This document shows positions 8,098 through 16,745 of a stretch of 22,027 bases of DNA, piece after piece. The notes beneath the pieces were generated by a model, which was given only the letters and a program-made list of their open reading frames with translations, was not told where the DNA came from and ran no database searches. Location: the NCBI GenBank assembly GCA_030637655.1, contig DAOWGI010000088.1:1-22027 (forward strand). Direction: 5' to 3'. Each line of letters opens with the position of its first letter. The stretch's first letter is position 1. The translations under genes and the position numbers were made by a program. Origin of the DNA: a candidate division FCPU426 bacterium (GTDB lineage Bacteria; Oederibacteriota; JAAXVQ01; JAUVAV01).

Positions 8098-8745
8098 TCA
8101 CTTGGGCTTTTTGTTTTTGGCCCGCAGGACCAAGCAAACAAAGCGCGGTAATCGTAATATCATCCCCAAACGACGGGGGTCTTGCAGCAGACGAAACAAC
8201 CATTCCAGACCGCAACCTTGCATCCAACGCGGTGCCCGTTTCAAATCACCTGACAACACATCAAAACTTCCACCCACACCCATGGCCACCCGCACTTGCA
8301 GGTACTGGTGATATTTATCCAAAAAAACCTCTTGCGCCGGTTGTCCCAAACCGACCAGCAGCAGGTCTACTTGGGCGGCATTGATGGCCGCCACCACGTG
8401 CTGCTCTGTTTCCGGCAGCCAATAACCATCTCGTATCCCAGCCACCTTAAGCTCTGGAAATTTGTGCTGCAATTGTTCAGCACAACGCCGCGCCACACCC
8501 GGACGGCCGCCCAGCAAAAAGACCCTTTGCTTTTCTACTGCGCAGACACGAACCAGATCAATGATCAAATCAACACCCGGAACACGTTCCGGCTTTTTGC
8601 CGGTCATTCGAGCTAAAGCCCAAACCGCACCTACACCATCGGCCAAGGTGATATCCGCACGCTCCAATACTTTGGCAAAAGCCGGATTCTCATACGCCAA
8701 CAGCAAGGTTAAAGCATTAATCGAATATATTGTCTGACATACCAT
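8098..8745 (-). CDS. WecG/TagA/CpsF family glycosyltransferase
   Basis: ADGVG, ERVPGVDL, VGLGQPAQE, GVGGSFD, RAPRWMQGCGLEWLFRL motifs; SD GGAGA upstream. Confidence 0.92.
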   Translation of the reverse strand: MVCQTIYSINALTLLLAYENPAFAKVLERADITLADGVGAVWALARMTGKKPERVPGVDLIIDLVRVCAVEKQRVFLLGGRPGVARRCAEQLQHKFPELKVAGIRDGYWLPETEQHVVAAINAAQVDLLLVGLGQPAQEVFLDKYHQYLQVRVAMGVGGSFDVLSGDLKRAPRWMQGCGLEWLFRLLQDPRRLGMILRLPRFVCLVLRAKNKKPK

Positions 8746-8841
8746 GTCTACTAATTCTCCAGCCAGGCCATGGCTGTGCTTGATATTTTTTTAATATCTT
8801 ATCTTACACCATTTGTCTGAAAAACTTTTCTAAAAAAAAAA

Positions 8842-9771
8842 TTATTTTGCAACGATCCCCCGCATATACTCTAAAAGCTCGGCTTTGGCACTCTTGTCTT
8901 TTAAGGCAAACGCCAGGGTTGCTTTCACAAATTCCAGCTTATTTCCTATATCATGCCGTATGCCCTCAAATTGCCAGGCATAAATAGGACGAATTTTATT
9001 CAAGCTACGCAGCGCGTCGGTAAGCTGGATTTCGCCTCCGCTGTCGGGTTTGGTCTTTTCCAACAAAGTAAATATTTCCGGTGTTAGAATGTAGCGGCCC
9101 ACGATTCCGAGGCGTGAAGGAGCTTTTTCCGGACGTGGTTTTTCCACTAAATCATGTACTTGATACAATCGGTTGCCTATCTGCTTGGGTTTGATGATCC
9201 CATACGCTTGGGTACGCTCAAGCGGCACTTCTTCAACTGCGACTACCGGAGATTCATAGGTCTCCCATACATAAATCAATTGGCGTATGGCAGGTTTGGA
9301 GTGATCAATAATATCATCACCGAGAAACACGGCAAACGGTTCATTTCCCACAAAACTTTTAGCGCACAGAACCGCATGCCCCAATCCCTTGGCCTCTTTT
9401 TGGCGCACATAGTGTAAATTCACCATGTTGGATATGTTTTTAATTTCCGCCAGCTCCTCTTTTTTTCCGGTATGTTCCAGGAGTTCTTCCAATTCAATTG
9501 AGCGATCAAAATGGTTTTCAATGGCCTGTTTGCCCCGGCCGGTGATGACCAGAATATCTTTAATGCCCGCAGCCACCGCCTCTTCGATAACGTACTGAAT
9601 GGCAGGTTTGTCATAAATTGGCAGCATCTCTTTGGGTTGTGCCTTGGTGGCCGGTAAAAAACGTGTTCCTAAACCGGCTGCCGGCACAATTGCTTTGGTG
9701 ATCTTGGTCTTTTTGCGCTTGCCCACAGTGTTTCGCCGGGCGGATTTAATCTGTTTTGATAATCTGCTCAT
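8842..9771 (-). CDS. galU: UTP-glucose-1-phosphate uridylyltransferase
   Basis: KAIVPAAGLGTRFLPATKAQPKEMLP, GLGHAV, VEKP, GEIQLTDA; ATG with SD GAGGTG overlaps the ptsI 3' end. Confidence 0.96.
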   Translation of the reverse strand: MSRLSKQIKSARRNTVGKRKKTKITKAIVPAAGLGTRFLPATKAQPKEMLPIYDKPAIQYVIEEAVAAGIKDILVITGRGKQAIENHFDRSIELEELLEHTGKKEELAEIKNISNMVNLHYVRQKEAKGLGHAVLCAKSFVGNEPFAVFLGDDIIDHSKPAIRQLIYVWETYESPVVAVEEVPLERTQAYGIIKPKQIGNRLYQVHDLVEKPRPEKAPSRLGIVGRYILTPEIFTLLEKTKPDSGGEIQLTDALRSLNKIRPIYAWQFEGIRHDIGNKLEFVKATLAFALKDKSAKAELLEYMRGIVAK

Positions 9772-11539
9772 TTAACACCTCGGTTCTTACTTGCGTTTTT
9801 ACCAATTCCTCAATATCCTCACTGGTCGTGCAAGCCAGCGCTTTTTCCGCCAGTTCCCGACATTCGGTAAAATGTACTTCACGAATACTTTTTTTCACCT
9901 GCGGAACAAAGGAGGGGCCGGTGGAAAATCCATCCAGTCCCAAGCCTACCAACAGCGGTGTTAAAAAAGGATCAGCTGCCATCTCACCGCACATACCCAC
10001 CCAAATACGCTCATTGTGCGCTGCCTGTACGATCTGCCGGATCAAGCGCAAAACCGCAGGGTGCAGTGGATTGTACAGATAGGCCACCTTCTCATTAACG
10101 CGGTCCGCGGCCATGGTGTATTGGATCAAATCATTGGTGCCAATCGAAAAAAAGTTCGCTTCCCGGGCCAGGATGTCCGCGGTCAGGGCGGCAGAAGGCA
10201 ACTCAATCATCAAACCCACTTCCAGGTTGCGATCGTACGAAATGCGGCGCCGGCTCAGCTCTTTTTGGGTTTCTTTCAAGAGCGCTTTGGCTTGCCGCAT
10301 CTCTTCTACTCCGGCGATCATAGGAAACATAATCTTTATTTTACCAAAGTGCGAGGCGCGCAGAATAGCCCGCAATTGTTGTTTAAATATATCCGGATGC
10401 GCCAAACATAAGCGAATACCGCGCAAGCCTAAAAAGGGATTCATCTCGGTTGTGGTTCCCAGACGGGAAAAAAATTTATCTCCACCCAGATCCACAGTCC
10501 GTATAATAGTGGCATACGGCAGACTCTGATGAGCCACTATCTTATAGGCCTCAAACTGTTCCTCCTCGCTCGGTAAATCACGCCGGTTTAAATATATAAA
10601 TTCCGTACGAAAAAGACCGATCCCTTCGGAGCCGTACTTACGCGCTTGCCTAACATCTTCCGGCAGTTCAATATTGGCTGCCACAGTTAAACGATAGCCG
10701 TCTTTGGTGACAGCCGTAACGCCTTTGAGTTTTTTTAATTTCCGGTTCCACTCTTCCATACGCTGTTGAGCCAGGCGGTATTGTCCCAACATTTTGGCAT
10801 CCGGATTGATAATGACTTTACCCGAGGTTCCATTCACAATGAGCAGGTCACCGTTTTGGACAACCGTAGTAATGTTTTTAAGACCCACCACCGCCGGCAA
10901 TTCCAAGGAACGTGCCATGATCGCAACATGTGAGGTCTTACCGCCAATATCGGTGGTAAAACCAATCACCCGTTCCCGCCGCATAGTTGTGGTTTGTGAC
11001 GGAGTTAAATCGTTAGCGACTACAATAACATCGTTTCCCGCATCTGAGAGCAAGCCTGTAGGCTGGCCGGTCAAATTGCGTATTAGACGCGCGACCACGT
11101 CATTGATATCCGCATTGATATCCGCAGCCCGTTCCTGCAAGTATTCTTCCGAAGAATCCATAAATTGCTTCACCAAATTGGAGGCGAGTTCCTGCAGCAC
11201 GTACTCCGCATTGTGCCGTGAATTCCGTATTTGTTCCATGGCAGCCTGAATCAATAATGGATCCTGTAAAATATGCAAATAGGCATTGAAAATCTCCGCT
11301 TCTGAAAACCCTACTTCCTGGGCAACCCGTTGCTTGATGGTTTCAATCTCTTTACGAGTGGCATCCACAGCCACTTGCAATCGGGTTAATTCTTTTTCCA
11401 CCAAGGCTTCACTAATCCGGATCTTCTTGATCCGGACATCACGCGATCCAACCAAATACGCTTTGCCAATCGTAATTCCCGGCGAAGCAGGTACTCCCTG
11501 AACTTCTTTGTTTGTCTGTCCCAAAGTTATTCTCTCCAT
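9746..11539 (-). CDS. ptsI: PTS Enzyme I (PEP-protein phosphotransferase)
   Basis: GGKTSHVAI phospho-His motif, GIGLFRTEF, NPFLGLRGIR, SIGTNDLIQY, GMCGEMA; no N-terminal GAF domain. Confidence 0.97.
   Translation of the reverse strand: MERITLGQTNKEVQGVPASPGITIGKAYLVGSRDVRIKKIRISEALVEKELTRLQVAVDATRKEIETIKQRVAQEVGFSEAEIFNAYLHILQDPLLIQAAMEQIRNSRHNAEYVLQELASNLVKQFMDSSEEYLQERAADINADINDVVARLIRNLTGQPTGLLSDAGNDVIVVANDLTPSQTTTMRRERVIGFTTDIGGKTSHVAIMARSLELPAVVGLKNITTVVQNGDLLIVNGTSGKVIINPDAKMLGQYRLAQQRMEEWNRKLKKLKGVTAVTKDGYRLTVAANIELPEDVRQARKYGSEGIGLFRTEFIYLNRRDLPSEEEQFEAYKIVAHQSLPYATIIRTVDLGGDKFFSRLGTTTEMNPFLGLRGIRLCLAHPDIFKQQLRAILRASHFGKIKIMFPMIAGVEEMRQAKALLKETQKELSRRRISYDRNLEVGLMIELPSAALTADILAREANFFSIGTNDLIQYTMAADRVNEKVAYLYNPLHPAVLRLIRQIVQAAHNERIWVGMCGEMAADPFLTPLLVGLGLDGFSTGPSFVPQVKKSIREVHFTECRELAEKALACTTSEDIEELVKTQVRTEVLNEQIIKTD
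11101..11126. repeat. Perfect 12-bp tandem duplication inside ptsI
   Basis: CATTGATATCCG x2 (+CA), encoding ADIN-ADIN. Confidence 0.85.
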
Positions 11540-11571
11540 GGAATTCCGGGGCTTTTTCCGGAATTCGTATT

Positions 11572-11841
11572 CTATTCTTTCTCTCCAAAACGATTTTGGA
11601 TCAGTTGCACCAACGCTTCCAAAGCTTCTTTTTCATCCTCACCATCGGTGACCACCGTCAATTTCGAATCACAGGCAGCACCCAAGGCCATTAAACCCAT
11701 AATGCTCTTGGCATTGACCATACGTTCGTCCTTGCGCAAATGAATCTGACATTGAAATTTATTGCCGGTTTCAATGAACATCGCGGCTGCGCGCAAGTGC
11801 ATACCCAACTTGTTCTCAATTACCACCTCTTTTTCCATCAT
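11572..11841 (-). CDS. ptsH: Phosphocarrier protein HPr
   Basis: NKLGMHLRAA (His15 equivalent) and NAKSIMGLM (Ser46 equivalent); 89 aa. Confidence 0.95.
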   Translation of the reverse strand: MMEKEVVIENKLGMHLRAAAMFIETGNKFQCQIHLRKDERMVNAKSIMGLMALGAACDSKLTVVTDGEDEKEALEALVQLIQNRFGEKE

Positions 11842-11897
11842 TATCCCATAGTCCCTTGTTGTGACTTGTACATATTATTGGTGTTTATTTAAACTGC

Positions 11898-12689
11898 TCA
11901 AAACACGCCGGCATACGCCAAACCAATGGCAATCAGCACCGTGCCATAAAATAAGTGCGATACCCCGATCCCGCGACGCAGCGCGAAAAAGAAGACCAGC
12001 AGCACAGCCAATAAAATTCCGGTCCCCAATAGTTGTGCGGATACCAACACCGTGCTGGTCTGAAAGGTAATAATGCCCAACAGTCCGCCCAGCACCACAG
12101 CGATAAATACACCCAAACGCCGGGCAATAAATTGAGGATTGAAGCGTCGTAAATCTTTTACAATATCAATACCTCGCCGATAACCTGAAAAGACTCCGCC
12201 AATCTGCAATCCCAAATGCGGAATGGAGAAGAGAACCAAAAATACAATCGGCCCCAAAATCGCCGGCCAGATCTGACTGGCGGCTAAAAAAACAATACCC
12301 ACACCCAGCAGGGCTGTGGCAGGTTTGAGCATGGACCAAAAAACCGTATCTCCCAAAGCGGCTAAAGGTCCCATCATTCCCACCTTGAGACGATTTGCCT
12401 TATCTGCATGCTCATTTTGCCGCGCTAATCCTTCTTCAACCTGACAGACCACACCCAAAATAATAGAGACACAATACGGATGCGTATTAAAAAATTCCAA
12501 ATGCCGCTTTAGAAAATGTATCTCCTGCTCGCGGTTTTTAGACAGCGCCCGAATCAACGGACTGATGGAAAAAGCAAACCCCAGGTTTTGCATGCGTCGA
12601 AAATTCCAGCACGCTTGCAAAAAAAAGGAACGTAAGGCAATGGCCAGCAACGTGCCGAATTTTAGTCTCTGCGTCGGTTTCTCTACCAT
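11898..12689 (-). CDS. PTS mannose/fructose/sorbose family EIID
   Basis: WNFRRMQNLGF, RHLEFFNTHPY, MMGPLAALGDT; likely start ATG 12689 overlapping the EIIC stop. Confidence 0.93.
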   Translation of the reverse strand: MVEKPTQRLKFGTLLAIALRSFFLQACWNFRRMQNLGFAFSISPLIRALSKNREQEIHFLKRHLEFFNTHPYCVSIILGVVCQVEEGLARQNEHADKANRLKVGMMGPLAALGDTVFWSMLKPATALLGVGIVFLAASQIWPAILGPIVFLVLFSIPHLGLQIGGVFSGYRRGIDIVKDLRRFNPQFIARRLGVFIAVVLGGLLGIITFQTSTVLVSAQLLGTGILLAVLLVFFFALRRGIGVSHLFYGTVLIAIGLAYAGVF

Positions 12690-13444
12690 GCGCGCTTCCA
12701 CCACATTAGAACGGATCCCAAAACCAAGACTCCGCCAAATATCATCCAAGCCTGTCCGGACCATACAAACAACAGGATCCAAACCAGCAAGAACACTCCG
12801 GAGATAATCCAATATGCTTTCGCTTTAGCTACTATTTCCAAAATAACAGCCAGGGACAACATGGGCAGAATCCAGTACACAGCACCCAGGGCCCGGTGTA
12901 CAGGCTCCGGCACCTGCGGTGCCAGCCAACCGAGCGCCACTGCCAGAGGACCCAGCCACACAAAATAGATTATAAAATTGCGTAAAAACCCGGCCACCAA
13001 TCCCGCCAGATTCAGACCGGCAATACCTAGGGATCCGTATTTTTCAGCTGTGCGCTCTCCCCACCCGTCAATCCGGCTATTCAAATGCCGAACCAGAATA
13101 TCCACTTTGCCGGACAACACACCTGCCGGAATAGCGATACCTAACGCCAAAACCAAACTCAGCCCAAAAGCCATGCCATATTTCTGCATAAGCATAATTG
13201 CCAGTCCGGTAGTAATGCCGCCGGTAATGGTATGATCCGAAGGCACATAGGCGCCTACCGGCAACACACCCAGCCAAAGCAATTGAAGCATGGCGCCGAT
13301 CATTAAACCGGACGATATGTCACCCAACAAATAACCGAAAACGGCTCCCACCACCAACGGTTGGGAAAACATAAATTGCCCGACCATGGCCGCGTCCAAA
13401 GCCAGTATTGCTCCCAGGGCTGACAACCAAAACACTTGCTCCAA
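12683..13444 (-). CDS. PTS mannose/fructose/sorbose family EIIC
   Basis: Hydrophobic; SQPLVVG, GAMLQLLWLGVLPVGAYVP; TTG start with SD GGAGG; between EIIB and EIID. Confidence 0.92.
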   Translation of the reverse strand: MEQVFWLSALGAILALDAAMVGQFMFSQPLVVGAVFGYLLGDISSGLMIGAMLQLLWLGVLPVGAYVPSDHTITGGITTGLAIMLMQKYGMAFGLSLVLALGIAIPAGVLSGKVDILVRHLNSRIDGWGERTAEKYGSLGIAGLNLAGLVAGFLRNFIIYFVWLGPLAVALGWLAPQVPEPVHRALGAVYWILPMLSLAVILEIVAKAKAYWIISGVFLLVWILLFVWSGQAWMIFGGVLVLGSVLMWWKRAW

Positions 13445-13473
13445 AATCGTCCTCCAAATCAGATCTGCCTGTA

Positions 13474-13510
13474 TAGTTAAAGGGCGAACACAAGGTTCGC
13501 CCTTTAACTA
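13474..13510. repeat. 16-bp stem hairpin with REP-like core between EIIB and EIIC
   Basis: TAGTTAAAGGGCGAAC-ACAAG-GTTCGCCCTTTAACTA; overlaps the EIIB stop codon. Confidence 0.65.
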
Positions 13511-13987
13511 CAGATATTTCATAATGTCCACCGGTTCATCCGTTGGCACCATCTGTATGGAAACCCGGACTCCCTGGCGGTTGATCTCCTGAAAATTTCG
13601 CACATCGTCTTGATTGATGGCAATGGCCTTCATAATCTGTTGTTTGCCCGGACAGTAGCGCAGGCCCCCGACATTGAGTTTGGTCAACTTTACTCCGGAT
13701 TGCATGGCGCGCACCACATCCTGGGATGAAGAGAACAACAGCAAGAGTCGTTTGCCGGACAGTTCAGCGGATTGCATTAGAGCGGCAAGCGCCTCCACCT
13801 TGCATATCTTCACACCAAAGGCGGCAGTGGCTGCCATCTTCATTAGGGTTTTTTGCAAAGTGTCCTTCGCTACCGTATCATCGGCCACAATGATAAAATC
13901 CGGCGAGGTCGCTTTGACCCAACCGACAGCAACCTGTCCGTGAATCAGACGATCATCAATCCGCACCAAAACCAACTCTGCCGGCAT
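13508..13987 (-). CDS. PTS mannose/fructose/sorbose family EIIB
   Basis: RIDDRLIHGQV phospho-His motif, LNVGG. Confidence 0.95.
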   Translation of the reverse strand: MPAELVLVRIDDRLIHGQVAVGWVKATSPDFIIVADDTVAKDTLQKTLMKMAATAAFGVKICKVEALAALMQSAELSGKRLLLLFSSSQDVVRAMQSGVKLTKLNVGGLRYCPGKQQIMKAIAINQDDVRNFQEINRQGVRVSIQMVPTDEPVDIMKYL

Positions 13988-14008
13988 ACGTTTCCATCCT
14001 TTGACGAT

Positions 14009-14413
14009 TTAGTTTTTCTTTAAAAACTCATTGGCACACAAAATCGCTTTTTTTCCTTTTTCCTTCGCAAACTCGGTAAGCTGCGGCAAATTCATCAGAC
14101 TGCGATGGGTAACCGTTTCAACCAGCATAGGCAAATTCACCCCGGTCACTATTTCTAAGGTATACGATTGCGACAAGGCCAGCGCCACATTGCTCGGAGT
14201 GCCTCCAAACATATCCACCAAAACCAGGCAACCATCATCTTCCTTATCCACAGATTTGATCATAGCTGTCAATTTGCGGGACAAATCCTCAATGCCTTCA
14301 TGCCTCTCTAAGGCAACCGGGATAAGCTCTGCTTGCTTACCTACTATCAGCTCTGTGGTTTTCACCATCTCTTTAGCCAAATCCCCGTGCGCTATTACAA
14401 TAATCCGAATCAT
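14009..14413 (-). CDS. PTS mannose/fructose family EIIA
   Basis: IIVIAHG, DMFGGTPSN, GVNLPML. Confidence 0.95.
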   Translation of the reverse strand: MIRIIVIAHGDLAKEMVKTTELIVGKQAELIPVALERHEGIEDLSRKLTAMIKSVDKEDDGCLVLVDMFGGTPSNVALALSQSYTLEIVTGVNLPMLVETVTHRSLMNLPQLTEFAKEKGKKAILCANEFLKKN

Positions 14414-14434
14414 AATTACATCCTACCTTTAAAA

Positions 14435-14505
14435 TTCAGAAGTCAGAATACAGGAGTCAGAATAAATGCTTTGTATCTTTCTTTTTCTACTGAATTCTGT
14501 ATTCT
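14435..14505. repeat. Inverted blocks of degenerate 7-bp tandem repeats
   Basis: TTCAGAA-GTCAGAA-TACAGGA-GTCAGAA, then about 20 bp later TTCTAC-TGAATTC-TGTATTCT in inverted orientation. Confidence 0.6.
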
Positions 14506-14510
14506 ACATT

Positions 14511-15845
14511 TTAAATCACAATTAACTTGAGTATGACCTGCGCCAAACAGTGCGGATCATGCCGGAAATACTCCTGCTCCACTGCCAACCGCGAGGGCAA
14601 CAACGTAATTCCCATTTCATCCAGTTTAGCGCTATCACCGGCCTGGGCTAATACCGGCTCGGCCTTCAATTCCCGGTAGCGTGCCAAAATACTTTTACTT
14701 GGCAATTCCGTATTGACCAACGCGTACTGAATGATGTCCGATCGCGTGTGTTGCTGAACCGCCTGCACATGATCAATCACAGACATACCCTCCGTCTCAC
14801 CCGGTTGTGTCATCACGTTACAGACAAAGATTTTGACCGCGCGGGAGACGGCGATCTCATCCGCTATACCATTCACCAGTAAATTGGGAAGAATACTGGT
14901 GTACAGACTGCCCGGACCCATAATAATGGCGTCAGCCTCAGCAATGGCCTCACGTGTCTCTGGCGCCGGTTTCACTGTGTTTGGCACCAGACGCAGCTCT
15001 TTGATGGGTTCGCGGCTTTTACCTATTAAGGATTCTCCGGAAACCACTTTGCCGTTTTTCAATTCCGCTTCCAATACTACCGGATCAACGGTTACCGGCA
15101 GCACCTGTCCACTAACCGCCAAAACCTGGCTGGCCGCTTTTACACCACTGGCAAAATCTCCGGTAACCTCACCCAAGGCGGTAATAAACAAATTTCCAAA
15201 GGAGTGACCTTCAATTCCACCCCCTTTACCCCGAAAGCGATGCTGAAACAACTGACTCATCAACGGACTGGTCTCCGCCATGGCCACCAAACAGTTGCGT
15301 AAATCACCCGGCGGCAGAGTCTGATATTCACGCCGCAAGCGTCCGGAACTCCCTCCATCGTCAGCCATGGTCACAATCGCTGTGATATTAGCGCTGTACT
15401 TTTTAAGACCGGTCAACAGCGCGGGTAGTCCTGTTCCCCCGCCAATGGCAACCAGCTTCGGTCCCCGTTTTAAACGCAACCGTTTCAAAGCCACTGTGGC
15501 GTATTCTTTTTCCCGGGCCGGCATCAATACAGTCAACACGGAATACAAACCACGCCGAAACGCCAGTATGACTCCGGCAATACCCAACACCAGCAGCAAA
15601 AAATCAATAAAACGCAGACTCTGAATCTGCTTGGCCAAAGGACGATAGTCAATCACACGCACTTCAAAATCCCGAAATACATCTCCCATCATTCCGGAAA
15701 TACCAACACCCACCACCACGACCGATAGCAAGAGTAAAAAAAGCCATCTTTTCAAGCGTACGCCCGGATATAACCAACGCCAGGTCAGTCGCCGGTCCCA
15801 GCGGGAATTATTCTTGCGTTCTTTTATTTCAGCCTTTTTCGGCAT
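14511..15845 (-). CDS. yvcK: YvcK/GlmR (CofD-like, UPF0052) protein with N-terminal membrane helices
   Basis: AIGGGTGL, DDGGSSGRLR, PPGDLRNC, GHSFGNL, GPGSLYTSILPNL; ATG 15845 with SD GGAG; follows rapZ. Confidence 0.93.
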   Translation of the reverse strand: MPKKAEIKERKNNSRWDRRLTWRWLYPGVRLKRWLFLLLLSVVVVGVGISGMMGDVFRDFEVRVIDYRPLAKQIQSLRFIDFLLLVLGIAGVILAFRRGLYSVLTVLMPAREKEYATVALKRLRLKRGPKLVAIGGGTGLPALLTGLKKYSANITAIVTMADDGGSSGRLRREYQTLPPGDLRNCLVAMAETSPLMSQLFQHRFRGKGGGIEGHSFGNLFITALGEVTGDFASGVKAASQVLAVSGQVLPVTVDPVVLEAELKNGKVVSGESLIGKSREPIKELRLVPNTVKPAPETREAIAEADAIIMGPGSLYTSILPNLLVNGIADEIAVSRAVKIFVCNVMTQPGETEGMSVIDHVQAVQQHTRSDIIQYALVNTELPSKSILARYRELKAEPVLAQAGDSAKLDEMGITLLPSRLAVEQEYFRHDPHCLAQVILKLIVI

Positions 15846-16710
15846 TGTTTTCTCCAACCTGTTCTCTTAGTTCACGATGATATACAAACGTATCGCCGGG
15901 TAAACGCTTTTTCAAGGCATTGGCCATAACCACGGACCGATGTTGCCCACCGGTGCATCCCAAGGCAACATGCAGCATGGTTTTACCCTCCCGAATATAC
16001 TCCGGCAACAAAACACGTATCATCTGCGTCATACGGTCAAGCATGATCCGGGCGGCAGGTTGTTGCAGCACAAACTGCCGCACCCGTTGATGCCGACCGG
16101 TATGTTTTTTTAAAGCGCTCACGTAAAAAGGATTGGGTAAAAAACGCATATCAAAAACCATGTCTGCGTCACCGGGCAGACCGTATTTAAAACCAAAACT
16201 ACTGATGGCAACATGCATATTATCGCTGCCTTGATCCAGCCAGACCGCCAACTGCCGCCGCAATTCCGGCGTGGTCAAACGGGTGGTATCAATGATAAAG
16301 TCCGCAGCTTCCCGCAGCCAGGATAATTGGACGCGTTCTGTGCGTATGCGTTCCTGCAAGGTTTTCTTACTGCGCAGCGGATGCGGTCGCCGGGTTTCGG
16401 CAAACCGGCACATGAGTTCCGCTTCCGTAGCTTCCAAAAACAACACCTCATACCGGAGCCGCTTCTTTTTCATATCGGCCAGCGCGTTCTGTAAATCTTT
16501 TAAAAAAATCTGCGAACGCACATCCACACCCACTGCCAAACGCTGAAACCGTTTATCGGTTTTTGTTAGTAATTCAATACCCCGGAGCAAGAGTGGCGCC
16601 GGTAAATTATCGACGCAGAAATACCCCATATCCTCAAGCTGATACAGCACCTGGTGTTTTCCCGCTCCGGAGAGTCCGGTTACAATAAGTAGTCTCTTCT
16701 TTCTCAGCAC
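15829..16710 (-). CDS. rapZ: RNase adapter / P-loop protein RapZ (YvcJ)
   Basis: VTGLSGAGK, CVDNLP, ETRRPHPL, SFGFKYG, RFLPNPF, GCTGGQHRSV. Confidence 0.95.
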   Translation of the reverse strand: MLRKKRLLIVTGLSGAGKHQVLYQLEDMGYFCVDNLPAPLLLRGIELLTKTDKRFQRLAVGVDVRSQIFLKDLQNALADMKKKRLRYEVLFLEATEAELMCRFAETRRPHPLRSKKTLQERIRTERVQLSWLREAADFIIDTTRLTTPELRRQLAVWLDQGSDNMHVAISSFGFKYGLPGDADMVFDMRFLPNPFYVSALKKHTGRHQRVRQFVLQQPAARIMLDRMTQMIRVLLPEYIREGKTMLHVALGCTGGQHRSVVMANALKKRLPGDTFVYHRELREQVGENNAEKG

Positions 16711-16745
16711 AATAGCCTCTGGAGATTCATGCGGTGATGGTCCGG

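Noticed and set aside
8090-8227. N-terminal extension of the activator ORF (and similar extensions for EIID, degP, rpoN, dnaK)
   Set aside because: Extensions overlap upstream genes or repeats; downstream starts have better SD sequences and domain boundaries
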